From Mayamaea pseudoterrestris (taxonomy: Eukaryota), in assembly GCA_027923505.1 (NCBI GenBank), contig BROI01000008.1, positions 310,001 through 374,000 of the forward strand: a DNA stretch of 64,000 nt, in the 5' to 3' direction. This document shows positions 9,751 through 20,771 of the stretch, one piece after another; the stretch's first letter is position 1, and every line of letters starts with the position of its first letter. The position numbers and the translations under genes were made by a program. The notes beneath the pieces are model-generated. The model was not told the DNA's origin. It was given only the letters and a program-made list of their open reading frames with translations, and did no database searches.

Positions 9751-12735
9751 TTGTCTTTTCACTTGGCAATGGATGGCAAAGCTAAACTGCTGCCAATGGC
9801 GTCGGCCATGTTCTTTGGCACCTGCCTGTTTGCGACGACGGCTTTCACTGTCAAAACACTTTTAGCTGGCAGCACAAAGGCGATTAAGTTTGCGAGAAAT
9901 CCCAGAGCTTCACCATTGGATATACGATCATTTAGCTCTGTGTACACCATTCTCTATCACACATCAGTCCTCGGCCTCATTTTATTCTACGCTTACGTTT
10001 GCGAGAATCATCCTCCATTTCCTCATGCACCTAAATCATACAACCGCGACGATTTCTTCTTCATGACGGCTCTTCTTTTCCTTGTCGCAATTTTTACGGT
10101 CAAAGAACACAAGCCGGAAAAAGCGGCAGCCGCGACAGGTTCATCGCCCGATCGATCGATGCACATAATCGCACCCTTGGATGAAGCGACGGAGATGTTG
10201 AATCGCAACCAAACTGAAGAATGGAAGGGATGGATGCAGGTTATGTTTTTGCTATATCATTATCATCACGCGGACGAAGTATACAATGCAATACGCGCCA
10301 TGATAACCTGCTACGTTTGGATGACGGGTTTTGGAAACCTGAGCTTCTTCTACGTCACGGCCGACTACAGCCTCGTCAGAGTGCTACAAATGCTCTGGAG
10401 ACTCAACTTTTTAGTCTTATGTTTATGCTGGACGCAAGGAACAACCTACGTTCTATATCATATCTGCTTCTTGCATACCTATTACTTCTTAATGGTTTAC
10501 GTCACCATGCGGATTCGAAGCGACTTGAACTACACGAAATTGGGGCTTCAATACAAATTAACAGTGCTAGCGGTGCTCATCTTTATTGTCTGGGATTGGA
10601 ACAAGGGATCACTATTTCGCTTTCTACACTGGCCAGTGACACTATTGTTGGGTGACAAGCCCTTACTCGGTGCGAAATTTGGTGGCATGTGGGAAATTTA
10701 CTTTCGAACGAGCCTGGATCACTGGTCTACATTACTTGGTATGGTGTTTGCATGTAACTTTCCGATTGTGAGCTTATTATTCCGCAAGCTTGAGGCTGAG
10801 ATGGTATTTAGGCATGTCGCTGGAAAGAGTCTCATGGCGTTTCCCCTCCTCGGAGCATTCGCCTTATGGACCTTAGGACCGTTTCAACATAACAATGTCG
10901 CATACAACCAAACAAATGCCTTCTTTGCTCCAATACCACTCATTACGTATGTGTTTCTTCGAAACCTCACACCACGGTTACGAAGTCATTCACTAGAGCT
11001 CCTGCATCAGATTGGCAAGACGACGCTGGAAACTTATCTCATGCAGCACCACATCTGGCTGACATCGGATGCCAAGACACTGCTCACGCTCATTCCTGGC
11101 TGGCCGAAGATAAATTTTCTGGTGGTCGGCGTCATTTATATACTGATGAGTCGGCGTTTATACCGACTGACATTATTTCTGAGAGGAATGATATTGCCAA
11201 ACGATCGTGACGCCTGTCTGCGCCACCTCGCCAGCATGTTTGGCGCTCTCGCCGCCTTTTACCTACTTGCTGCGGCGTTAAATGCAGCTGGAGTCCTCAA
11301 CTTGTTTTCTGTGGCGCTTGTCGCAATTAGCGCGGGCACGTTATTGTACGCTTTGGTTGAAAGGTTAACGTGGACTACATTCGCGGATATGACGTCCGGC
11401 TCTGTAAATGGCGAAGGAAAACCTCAAGTAGTTCGACTAAGAAGACATCGCAAACCGATACTGTTTGGAATATCTACAATATTGGCAATTGGATTCATCT
11501 GGCAAGCAATGAAGACACATGGCGCATCGAAGATAACGCTGCTTACCGACTCGTGCGCGTCGGCAGTGCAAGATGGGAGCTGGATTCCCGGGAATGTCTG
11601 CGAAGACAGCTTTCGTGGGCGAGCACATAGAAATTACGGCATAACGTCTATTGGTACCTGCTCGCCTCAGAGTAACGTGTATACCTGGGGATGGAATGCT
11701 GTGCCTTCGTCGTCGCATTGCCATTTTTCGCAGCGAGATGTCAGCTCATTACGTGACATGTTAGACAAGAGAAGGGTCACGTTTGTAGGCGACAGTATCA
11801 TTCGACACCTGTACCATGCCATGTGCCGACAACTCGGTGATGCAAGCGCTGGGAGTTATAATACGTCTCTTGGAAAATGGCAAGATTTTTCTCGCGTATA
11901 CCAGAATACTGTTCTTGAATTTCGATGGGCTCCTTTCACTGATTTGTTGAGCGAAGTTGTGGACAATATTACGTCGAGCACTTCAAAAGACGACGCCATC
12001 GTGATGGGTGGCGGACCATGGGACCGGCTTCACCGGTATAGCAACAAAACCGATCAAGCCTCGTTGAAAGAAAACGTGAACACACTAGTAAGGAAGCTTG
12101 ATTCGCTGCTCTCCGCTGGCATCCCAATTGTCTGGGTCACACCCACTACAATCAACTCTTGGGCGCTGGGCACCGAGGAAAAGCGCAGCAATATCCGAGA
12201 AGATCAGATAGCGGAGTTACGACAATTGTACAAGGATGTTGGTGTGGAGACAGCCGCCACGTGGGTGCTCCATGGTCCTTCATTCACTAAAGACCGTGTC
12301 GCGGAAAGCTACGACGGCGTGCATTATCCGCTTTACATCTATGATGGCGGCGCACAAATTCTTGCGAACGCGTTCGACTGGCTACTGCCGGATCGAAGAG
12401 TGCAGGATAGGAAGAAAGTGACCTCGACAGTTCCTAATGTCGGAGCGATGGCACACCCAATGTACGGGCTATCCATGCTTCTTTGCGTAATTGTTGCTTT
12501 ATATACGAGGGATGGTTTTTTCGGCTGCTCGTACATTGCCGGCGTTGTCGTACCTGCGGTGCGACCTTTTGTTATCTTTACGGATGCCTATACGAATTTT
12601 CACGCAAGAATGAACATTTCGACGCCCCCAGTCCCAAGTGTTACATACAGCAACCAAGAGTTGGACAAAAGTCACTCCAGTGACGATTTTGAAATGGATA
12701 GTTTAATAGATAATGTGAATGAACAATGCAATTAA
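9751..12735 (+). CDS. Cas1p/RWA-family multi-TM O-acetyltransferase fused to a C-terminal SGNH-like domain (exact start uncertain)
   Basis: 'LNRNQTEEWKGWMQ..FLLYHY', 'YVWMTGFGN', 'FRTSLDHW' and 'GKTTLETYLMQHHIWL' match Cas1p/RWA. 'FVGDSIIR' and 'DGVHY' match SGNH GDS/DxxH. Confidence 0.9.
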   Translation: MSFHLAMDGKAKLLPMASAMFFGTCLFATTAFTVKTLLAGSTKAIKFARNPRASPLDIRSFSSVYTILYHTSVLGLILFYAYVCENHPPFPHAPKSYNRDDFFFMTALLFLVAIFTVKEHKPEKAAAATGSSPDRSMHIIAPLDEATEMLNRNQTEEWKGWMQVMFLLYHYHHADEVYNAIRAMITCYVWMTGFGNLSFFYVTADYSLVRVLQMLWRLNFLVLCLCWTQGTTYVLYHICFLHTYYFLMVYVTMRIRSDLNYTKLGLQYKLTVLAVLIFIVWDWNKGSLFRFLHWPVTLLLGDKPLLGAKFGGMWEIYFRTSLDHWSTLLGMVFACNFPIVSLLFRKLEAEMVFRHVAGKSLMAFPLLGAFALWTLGPFQHNNVAYNQTNAFFAPIPLITYVFLRNLTPRLRSHSLELLHQIGKTTLETYLMQHHIWLTSDAKTLLTLIPGWPKINFLVVGVIYILMSRRLYRLTLFLRGMILPNDRDACLRHLASMFGALAAFYLLAAALNAAGVLNLFSVALVAISAGTLLYALVERLTWTTFADMTSGSVNGEGKPQVVRLRRHRKPILFGISTILAIGFIWQAMKTHGASKITLLTDSCASAVQDGSWIPGNVCEDSFRGRAHRNYGITSIGTCSPQSNVYTWGWNAVPSSSHCHFSQRDVSSLRDMLDKRRVTFVGDSIIRHLYHAMCRQLGDASAGSYNTSLGKWQDFSRVYQNTVLEFRWAPFTDLLSEVVDNITSSTSKDDAIVMGGGPWDRLHRYSNKTDQASLKENVNTLVRKLDSLLSAGIPIVWVTPTTINSWALGTEEKRSNIREDQIAELRQLYKDVGVETAATWVLHGPSFTKDRVAESYDGVHYPLYIYDGGAQILANAFDWLLPDRRVQDRKKVTSTVPNVGAMAHPMYGLSMLLCVIVALYTRDGFFGCSYIAGVVVPAVRPFVIFTDAYTNFHARMNISTPPVPSVTYSNQELDKSHSSDDFEMDSLIDNVNEQCN

Positions 12736-13497
12736 CTACTTGGCTGCCCGCAGTCGGAACTGCGCTCGCGTGCCATCCCCTAGAATCTTTACCTCGTTCA
12801 TTAGCTCAGCAACACCATTCAGACTATCGATGACGCGGTCTGTCGTATTTTTCACAACAAAGGCATCCTTCTTGAGCATCCAATTCTTACAACGAATAGA
12901 CACAATACACTGCGTTCCTTTGCTTAAACTGTCTGTTATACTATCCACCTTGCGCTTCAGATCGTTCTCTTCTATTTCTGCGTTAAAGCGAAACTCCTTT
13001 TCGGTCTGTTTCTTGCTGCTGGCTGCAACCCTTTTCGATTGCTTGTATAGAAAAGAATTAAGTTGATCAATCCGCAGCACCGGCACTTCTTGATCTAGCG
13101 ACACTGCGATGAGGTCTCGATTGTCGAGGGCAATGGACATTTTTATCGCTTCGGCGAGCGTGACAAGCTGCGGCTGTGGTCTGGTATCAGTGTTGCGGCT
13201 TTCGACAATCACACGAACCTTAAGCTCGTCGGCCGGCAAGCCGTGCGCCTTTCGAATGAGAGCTGTTACAAGTTTTTCGTTCGCTAATGGCTCATTTGAA
13301 GCGCTAGCAAATCCGCGACATCCAATTTTATGTACATGGATGTGAGAGCTGTAAGATGACTCGAGTGGTAGTCGGTGATGCTGTTTTCCTCGAAGAAGAC
13401 ACCAGTATGCGGTCGTAGACGGATTGCTGGTGCACAGTGCTGTCCGCGCCGCGCGCTGCCAGTGAAGCACGGTAGAGCATCGTTTCAAACCGTTCAT
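12736..13497 (-). CDS. Organellar (probably mitochondrial) translation initiation factor IF3-like protein
   Basis: 'NEKL..VRVI..LAEAIKMS..DLIAVS..PVLRI' matches IF3-N. 'KEFRFNAEIEENDLKRKV..L.KG' matches IF3-C. The presequence is Arg/Ser-rich. Confidence 0.75.
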   Translation of the reverse strand: MNGLKRCSTVLHWQRAARTALCTSNPSTTAYWCLLRGKQHHRLPLESSYSSHIHVHKIGCRGFASASNEPLANEKLVTALIRKAHGLPADELKVRVIVESRNTDTRPQPQLVTLAEAIKMSIALDNRDLIAVSLDQEVPVLRIDQLNSFLYKQSKRVAASSKKQTEKEFRFNAEIEENDLKRKVDSITDSLSKGTQCIVSIRCKNWMLKKDAFVVKNTTDRVIDSLNGVAELMNEVKILGDGTRAQFRLRAAK

Positions 13498-13824
13498 GGG
13501 ATTTACGAAATGATGCAATGCTGTATGTTTTGATAGCTCAAATGGGACTGACACCTGATTTCTTGCAATGAGTTGTGGTTCACATTGGATCGCCCATGCG
13601 TGGTCGGCGCAAGAAAAAAATACGTGGTCATTCTTTTCGGTGAAACCAGTGAGACATGAATTACAATTTGCCGTGTGCTGGTCGTACCGGTACCGGTCGT
13701 CGTATACGAGTACTACTGTACAGCACTACTGTACATATACATAGGAGTATCTGCCACTACGAATTGTATTGATAGACATGTCACGCGCATTAAAGACCAG
13801 AAACATACTAATTATAGATGTAAC

Positions 13825-16632
13825 TTAATGTTTTTTCATTCGCTTCTTCCTTTTCTTGCCGCTTTCTGGTGCTATTTCACGTCGGCCCAAGCCCATTGTC
13901 GCATACTGACGATTCTTAGCAGTCAAGGACTCGCTTATCACTACTTCATACTCTTCAGCATCGGCGAATGTCGGAAGGTGGTTTGGCCTTTCTCTCGTAT
14001 GCTCATCAATGACTTCGTCATCATCGCTCTCGCCAAGTACAATATCCACGTCATCGTTCTCGTTGACAGCATCGCCTTCATCTGCGCCTAATTCTCCTTC
14101 GTCAATGTTCAAGAGACTTGGAGCCTCACTGTCGCTATCAAAGTCTTCATTTGAAACTTCCAAAAACTCGCCATCATCGTCTTCCGCGTCCAAACCATTT
14201 GTCCCACGATGATCCGAACACAACAGCGTGGTCCGGTCATCAGCAGAGTCAGCGTCGTACAAGTCATCCCAACCAGCCATGTTGGGATCCTCGGCATCAA
14301 GTTCATCCGGGCCAAACCTGTCAATTTCATCTTCAAGAATTTCCTGGGCCAACGAATCCACAAATGCCTCCTCGTCACTATCACTATCCCAGCCACGTTC
14401 AAATTCCTCGAAACTCCGACCAACATCAAACTGCTCTTCCTCGTGAAGGACCTCTTCTTCGTCTTGCTCTTCATCCATCTCACCAGGCGACTTTCGAGTA
14501 TCAAGTCCCCTTTTGTCGTCCCGTCTGGCGCGTTCGACAAAGAAACGGTGAAAAAACTCCTCGTGAACATCCACCTTCTGTCGATGCAAAAAACTGCTGT
14601 CGTTTACCGGTGGAGTTGATAGTGACTGAATAATATTATCTCTCCCGCTTCGGCGGACACCAACGCTCGTTCCCTGCTTAATCCTCTCTATAACATGCTG
14701 ACTCGACTTGGGGTTGCGATAAGCAAACTTATCCAAAAACGTTAGCAAACCGAAGTCTCTTAACGGATCACCATTATAGCCTATGGATCCGAGCGTATCT
14801 GTAAACTTGTCGACGGAGGGATGAAAATGATGCTTGACGAGCGCTAGTTCCCACAGAGGTGCTTTTTTTACTGTGCAATCTCCCTCCTCGGGTACTCCTT
14901 CGAGCGACAAGGCACCACTCGGCTCTCGCTTAGTAGGATCCAATACTCGTCGACAGTGGGGATCCTCCAAAGCCTCGTGAAAACAAGAAAGGACCACTGA
15001 ATGTCTGCGTGCAATCTCATTTAACAAGAAAAGACTTGCTGCCAGCACTGCGGAGCTGCAGTGCATGGTTGTGCACATGACTCGCTTGGTAAAAGCAATG
15101 ACTCTCGTCGTGTCGGTATCGTACTTCATCGCCTTGTAAAGCAAGTTAAAGAGCATAGTCAAGTGCTTTCCGGAACTGAGCATGCTTGTTTTTGATAGTG
15201 ACGCGTACAAGGCTCGATAAAACCGTTGTTGCCGCTTAAGGCCAGCATCCGTCACATCACCTTCATTGTTGCCGTCCTGATCGCTATTTGATCCCACTGC
15301 AACGTGAAACAGTAGCAGCAACGCCTGCGTGCAAGCCGCTGGTGGCGCTGTATGCACGACACGGTACAAGGAGTCGAGGTGATCGTCCATGCCCTTGTCC
15401 TTTTCAGGCAGGTAAGGATGGGCTCGATTGACACCTGATAGCAGCGCGGACAATAGTCGGCTCTTCATTTCCAATTCTTCTCGATCATCAGAGAATTCGG
15501 GCTGCTTCCCAATAGCGACATCGAATAGACGAAAATAACTGCTGATAAGCGACGCAGGGAGTGAAGCCTTGACACTCCCTTCAACATTGAATTTGTCGCG
15601 CTGCAGCTTGAGTTGATTCAAGAAAGAAATGCAGTGATATAAAGCACGACTTTTCAATCCTGGCCGAAAGGCCAATTGCTGCACTTCACGTGCAATAATG
15701 AGCTGCATGGATGGATGTTTCTGCAAGACTTTTCGAAGTTCATGACCGGCTGCAGCAGCAACTTTTTTGGATGGGTCACCGAGTTTGTTGACAATCAGCT
15801 GAAGCAAAATTCTTTCACCTTCTGAGACAGAAGTTAATAGCGATGATGTTGTCCTCAAGGCAGATATTTTATCCATTTCCATTCCATCGCGAAGAGTCTT
15901 GTCTAGGCATTGATGGAGAAAGCGATGGTACTTATCCTTCACCAACTCCTCGAATCGCCAAAGGAGCAACACTTTCGGCGACAACGTCTTGATAGTCTGC
16001 TTCTTGGCACCCTCAACATGCTCGAACAAATAGAATGGACGCTGCGCTAGCGAATGTAGTTTCCGATCCGGAGGGAGATAAGTATTTATGAACAATTCTT
16101 CCAATGCCTCGGCTGCGAGTTGTACGACGCGAGAATTCGTCTGTTGTGACCCCGATTCGGAGCAGCCAGCCATTTGCAAGAGCCCATCCAGCGCATATAG
16201 CTTGTGAATTGAATCCGTGCTTGCCACAACACTCATGGCGGCAATTCTATCTTTGAGCGTTCCTTTCTTCATGGTACCTTCGACCCAACGATCGTCTGAT
16301 GTCTTGCCACTGCCCTTGTTGGAAGCAAAAAGCTCCTTTTGGTACAGTTCATCTGCCTGTCGACGATACTTGCTTACCAGCTCTGACGTCATTCGTGGAA
16401 CACCCTTGGCGGGCGGATCTGTGGTTATTGTAGCGTTTCGCTCAGCCTGCTGATGGCCAAGCTTATACCACGTCGGTTCATCCTCCGTCAATGCGAGAAT
16501 TTTGTTTTCCTGCTGGGGTTCAGACTCGATGAGTCTTTCTGCATTTTGATGTTTTGGCTTTTTCAACCCATAACTGCTATCTTGTCGTCCTCGGCGGCGT
16601 TTAGCCGCTCCTTTGACTTTAGAGTCGACCAT
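13825..16632 (-). CDS. NOC1: CBF/Mak21/NOC1 (CEBPZ) ribosome biogenesis factor
   Basis: 'GTLKDRIAAM', 'LIVNKLGDP', 'ALLSGVNRAHPY', 'WEL..HHFHPSV', 'GDPLRDF.L..FLDKFAYRNPK' and an acidic tail ending 'TFADAEEY'. Confidence 0.93.
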   Translation of the reverse strand: MVDSKVKGAAKRRRGRQDSSYGLKKPKHQNAERLIESEPQQENKILALTEDEPTWYKLGHQQAERNATITTDPPAKGVPRMTSELVSKYRRQADELYQKELFASNKGSGKTSDDRWVEGTMKKGTLKDRIAAMSVVASTDSIHKLYALDGLLQMAGCSESGSQQTNSRVVQLAAEALEELFINTYLPPDRKLHSLAQRPFYLFEHVEGAKKQTIKTLSPKVLLLWRFEELVKDKYHRFLHQCLDKTLRDGMEMDKISALRTTSSLLTSVSEGERILLQLIVNKLGDPSKKVAAAAGHELRKVLQKHPSMQLIIAREVQQLAFRPGLKSRALYHCISFLNQLKLQRDKFNVEGSVKASLPASLISSYFRLFDVAIGKQPEFSDDREELEMKSRLLSALLSGVNRAHPYLPEKDKGMDDHLDSLYRVVHTAPPAACTQALLLLFHVAVGSNSDQDGNNEGDVTDAGLKRQQRFYRALYASLSKTSMLSSGKHLTMLFNLLYKAMKYDTDTTRVIAFTKRVMCTTMHCSSAVLAASLFLLNEIARRHSVVLSCFHEALEDPHCRRVLDPTKREPSGALSLEGVPEEGDCTVKKAPLWELALVKHHFHPSVDKFTDTLGSIGYNGDPLRDFGLLTFLDKFAYRNPKSSQHVIERIKQGTSVGVRRSGRDNIIQSLSTPPVNDSSFLHRQKVDVHEEFFHRFFVERARRDDKRGLDTRKSPGEMDEEQDEEEVLHEEEQFDVGRSFEEFERGWDSDSDEEAFVDSLAQEILEDEIDRFGPDELDAEDPNMAGWDDLYDADSADDRTTLLCSDHRGTNGLDAEDDDGEFLEVSNEDFDSDSEAPSLLNIDEGELGADEGDAVNENDDVDIVLGESDDDEVIDEHTRERPNHLPTFADAEEYEVVISESLTAKNRQYATMGLGRREIAPESGKKRKKRMKKH

Positions 16633-16871
16633 GGTGAAATACGCTTCGAAATTCTATTCCAACACACATTGAGAATTTCGTGGCCCTCGGCCCGGAAACT
16701 CATGACCTGACAAAAGGTGCGTTTAGCTAATATACGTAGGCCTAGGGATGGTAAAAGAGAGGGTGTACGACATATGTAGATAAGAGTAGGTTCTGCTGTC
16801 TTTGTAATATTTTAAAAATTACTTCCACTTGTTAGTCGATTGCTGGAACTACTGTTTCACAGTCAATCATA

Positions 16872-19064
16872 CTATTTGAACGTGTTAAAGTCGCGAACCT
16901 CGTTGACAATGTCCAGCGCTTTGCCGAGTAGCTCCTTGGTTTCATTGCAGCGCTCGCGACGCTCAGCAATATCCTCTGCTTCGTTCATAAGCTGCCCAAC
17001 CTCCGCGTCGCGGTAAAGCTCCTTGACTAACTCGTTCTGGAGGCTGTCGCGAACGTGGTTCACAAGAAAGTACATGATTGTCTTTGGCACCATGTCGATG
17101 AAATTCTTTTGCACAATGGCAAAGTATGATTCAATCAAGGATTTAATGACTTCCATTTCTACCTGCTCGCGGTCGCTCATGGGAACGTCCGTCTGCTTCA
17201 TCGTTTGCGGAGGCTTGGAGAGGTGCACGATGCTTGTTCCGCTATTGTCAAAGGCAACCTTTCGCGGAGTGGGAGACTGCGTTCCTCGAAAGACAACACT
17301 CATTATGCCACTAGCATTTCCCGGTGGCACGTCTTTACTGGTCGGCAAATTTTCGTCTTCATCATCACCTTCGTCGTACTGATTACCTTTGGGTGAAGAC
17401 AAGAGAGGGGTGCGAGGAATCCCACGCTTGCTCTCTTTTCCCAAGCGACTCATCAATCCAGCGACAGCCTGCGATCCGCCCACAAAGTCTGGGTGACTCG
17501 TGTTCACGTAGGCCAATTCAATCTTGACAAGGTTACTCACCATGAGCTGCGTCGGGTTCATGGCGCGGCGGAGGAGCGTCTGAACAACTTCTAACATGCG
17601 GTCACGCAGCAAAGGGAACCTCGTGAGTTCGTTAGGTTCGGCTTGAGAGGCAATGCGCTGGAGCTCTTCATAAACAAGGTCAACACATTGAATACCCGGC
17701 TGCTCAAGGCGAGTGATCTGACGTCGGACTAGAATATCGAAACTGATTTCCGGAATAAAGAGTGACGGCCGAGTTCCATTTGCATTAGCAATCGTTGTAC
17801 GGATCTCCTCATTCGTCAAGCCATCAAAGGCACCCACCGAAATGAGAGATGACGCAAAAACTTCGGTGAATATGTAGCTAATGCGCGCTCCTCCCCACAA
17901 CTCGTTCTGCGTCGTCGAGTTTTTCATTTTGGCGTTAGCGTCTTTGGCGCCGTGCCCATCCAAGAGCGATCCAAAGTTGTTCGCAAACTTGGATAAGAGT
18001 CCAAGCAAAGCTCCGCCGCGACTGGATCGAGACGTGAGCGCTGGAGACCCGAGCGTGTCAATCTCCGTCTGTACGTCCGACATCATGTGCGTGATTCTTG
18101 TCTTGAGATCCGGCAAGACGTCGCGAATGTGATGCATGAGCATACTGTTCAAGTTTTTGGCGAGACGTGGGGTACCGCACTTGGCCAATAAGTTGCGGTC
18201 CTTGCCATAAACAGCATGCGTGCGAAAAAACTTTTCCTCCTTGATGAGACCATCGCGAATCTGCATGTCGCTGACAATATCTTTCTGTCCGCGATTGACG
18301 ACGGCCACATACCCGCGACGTAGAGGAATGACTAAGTTGTTCAGAATATCAGCGCAATCAGTCTCCTGGTCCATCAAGTCAACCTTGGTCAATACGCCAA
18401 CTGTGCGCAGTCCGAGTGGGTCGACACTCTGGGCCATTTTGATGGCGTCGCTGTTCGCCAAGTCAGTGTTCGCACTAGTGACAGCTAGAACAATGGCATT
18501 GGGATTCTGGATGTACTCTAAACACATGTTTTGAATCTGCTTTTCAATGTCGTGAGGCTGATCACCGACTGGAATCTTTGCTACTCCAGGAAGGTCTACT
18601 AGCGTGAGCGCTAGGACGTATGGCGAGTAAATCTTGAGGCGAATCGGAGTTGCATCGACGCCTTTGTTTCGTCCAGTGAGACGTTCAGTTTCCGCAACAA
18701 TTTCTTGGCGAATGGCTGAAAAGTCGTGAAATTTGCGGCCAGGCATGTGGAGGAACTCGCCGTACTCGTTCAATGATCCTTGAATATCCTTTGGTTTGCT
18801 CCCTTCACTACTCTTGCTCTCCTTCGTCGACGTATTGAAAAGCTGAAGGATAAGTGGACGACGTGTCACGATACCAGTACCACGGGGAAGAAAGGAGCGG
18901 CCGACAATGGACTCGAGGACACTGCTTTTGCCAGATGACTGCCCACCGACGACGACAATTTGGGGAAGGTCAAGCGACTGCGTATGTCCCAAAGCACCGA
19001 GGACATCCTGCAACTTGCTTGCGATAGGGATAAGCTGATCCATCATTGGCGATGCTTCAGTCAT
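16872..19064 (-). CDS. Dynamin-related GTPase (DRP1/Vps1-like)
   Basis: G1 'GGQSSGKSS', 'TRRPL', 'DLPG', 'TKVD', a middle domain and a GED ('YFAIV.KN..DMVPKTIMYFLVN'). Confidence 0.95.
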   Translation of the reverse strand: MTEASPMMDQLIPIASKLQDVLGALGHTQSLDLPQIVVVGGQSSGKSSVLESIVGRSFLPRGTGIVTRRPLILQLFNTSTKESKSSEGSKPKDIQGSLNEYGEFLHMPGRKFHDFSAIRQEIVAETERLTGRNKGVDATPIRLKIYSPYVLALTLVDLPGVAKIPVGDQPHDIEKQIQNMCLEYIQNPNAIVLAVTSANTDLANSDAIKMAQSVDPLGLRTVGVLTKVDLMDQETDCADILNNLVIPLRRGYVAVVNRGQKDIVSDMQIRDGLIKEEKFFRTHAVYGKDRNLLAKCGTPRLAKNLNSMLMHHIRDVLPDLKTRITHMMSDVQTEIDTLGSPALTSRSSRGGALLGLLSKFANNFGSLLDGHGAKDANAKMKNSTTQNELWGGARISYIFTEVFASSLISVGAFDGLTNEEIRTTIANANGTRPSLFIPEISFDILVRRQITRLEQPGIQCVDLVYEELQRIASQAEPNELTRFPLLRDRMLEVVQTLLRRAMNPTQLMVSNLVKIELAYVNTSHPDFVGGSQAVAGLMSRLGKESKRGIPRTPLLSSPKGNQYDEGDDEDENLPTSKDVPPGNASGIMSVVFRGTQSPTPRKVAFDNSGTSIVHLSKPPQTMKQTDVPMSDREQVEMEVIKSLIESYFAIVQKNFIDMVPKTIMYFLVNHVRDSLQNELVKELYRDAEVGQLMNEAEDIAERRERCNETKELLGKALDIVNEVRDFNTFK

Positions 19065-19658
19065 TACAATAGTGCGTACAAATAAAGTAGTACTCGTACT
19101 TGTGAAGGTCCTTGTCAATCAAAACGACGAGAAAGCGAAGGTGCGACGATCCGGCATGGCAGACGACGCACGAGCAAACGGCCAGAAAAACATGCTTGCG
19201 CGTCGCACCACGTCTCAACGTAAAAAAATTTCGAACTTCGGCCAGCATTTTTTCGAATACATTTTCTACCAGCGGATACTCTACCCAGCGATAAATTTGT
19301 ATATCGCGCAAAACGATTTGTTTGCTAGGAGGTTTATGCCACATGGGATTCAGTTCTCCTATATCGTTGTTAGCAAAGTCTAATTTAGCAGAGGTGCCTC
19401 CCAATTTTGCTGGACGAACGCTTTGTTCCGTATGAACTACCCACTCACTAATTTTCATTCCTCAAAGAACTTCCGAAGACTTTATCTTGCCCGTACACAA
19501 CTCGGTCCGACGATGCTGACATATCAAAACAAGTACATGCTCCTGACTCTAGCTTAGTAATTGCATGCAGTTGTTGTAAGTTTCCATTCTGTTAAGGAGC
19601 CGGTGACACCACATCCCCTTCGTCTACCATCAAAGCCTTGAGTGCCCATCTATACTGC

Positions 19659-20285
19659 TCATTCGACTTTCACTTGAAGACGGACGGTAGCCATCCCCCA
19701 ATCCATGTCGAGCTGAACCTCGGCAACAGTTCGAATTCCGTCATTCTCGCTCAAACTCTTACTGACGATACAAAATATTGTTCCTGCTCGACAAGATTCA
19801 CACAAGATGTTGAGAGATTTCATCAGATCATCTTCGAATACAGTGGCATGAATGAAAACGAAGTCGGCTTGCTGAGTCCAATCCGTTTCCACTGTAAAAT
19901 CCGCGCAGTGAAACTGCCACAATTCTTTCGAGGAGACCGATTCGTTGACGCAATGCCATTTCCTGGCATTTTGAAAAGCTTGCTCATGCAAACGCGGAAT
20001 AATCTCTAGTCCAATTGCCTTGTCTAAGGCAAGACACAACGAAGCAGCCAACAAAACCTTGCCATTCCCACTGCCCAAGTCTACAACACAGGGACGCTTG
20101 GGCAAATGCAAGCCGTTCTGCTGCAGCTGGTTTTGCGAAAGCCAGTGAAATATAGAAAAGACTGTTGATGGAGTGATCTCGCCATAGCCAACGCTCTTTT
20201 TCCATGCAAAATCGTTGTAAAGATCTGCGCTCGCGCCAAGGACAGCCGCTGCGTCGTTTCTGACAGGGTGATTGTCATGTATCAT
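19659..20285 (-). CDS. Small DOT1-like SAM-dependent methyltransferase (start uncertain; ORF extends to 20516)
   Basis: 'YGEI', 'VDLGSGNGK', 'GLEIIP.LH', 'ADF' and 'MDWG.ATV'. Confidence 0.75.
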   Translation of the reverse strand: MIHDNHPVRNDAAAVLGASADLYNDFAWKKSVGYGEITPSTVFSIFHWLSQNQLQQNGLHLPKRPCVVDLGSGNGKVLLAASLCLALDKAIGLEIIPRLHEQAFQNARKWHCVNESVSSKELWQFHCADFTVETDWTQQADFVFIHATVFEDDLMKSLNILCESCRAGTIFCIVSKSLSENDGIRTVAEVQLDMDWGMATVRLQVKVE

Positions 20286-20771
20286 TGAAGCTTTATACCG
20301 AGATGTATCTTTAACATTCTCATGCAGAAAACCGAGAGAGGATGATGCACTTGTGCAGCAGATCCGACAGTCTACCGCTGTCAATGCATGCCAAGCGATC
20401 GTTTGCCAGACAATTTCATGAGCATCGACAAACACAAGCTCCGGGACGAGCAACGGAAAGGCCAAGGACCACGTAATTTGCCACTGCAAGGTATAAAGAC
20501 AGCAAGGAGTTGGCATTGCCAGTCAACATATTGTAAGCGTCGTTGGTTGTTGGTCGGCTATTCGCTTGTGAATGTGATGGATGGGAACGGGCGCTGCGGC
20601 GCGGTCACGCAAAAGAAAAGATGTCGCAGTGTTACTTTCACCCGGGACTCACATTCGAATTGCGCAGCGACGATTTTCTTTTCGTTGCATCAGCTTGCAG
20701 AGGTGACGAAGATTCGTCGTCATTGCATCTAAAACTGCGTCTAGTAAAATCAAGCAGTCACACATACTCCA

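Noticed and set aside
19120..19650. Short ORFs or a possible ncRNA upstream of dynamin
   Set aside because: No motif, fold or splice pattern I could support. Likely promoter or UTR.
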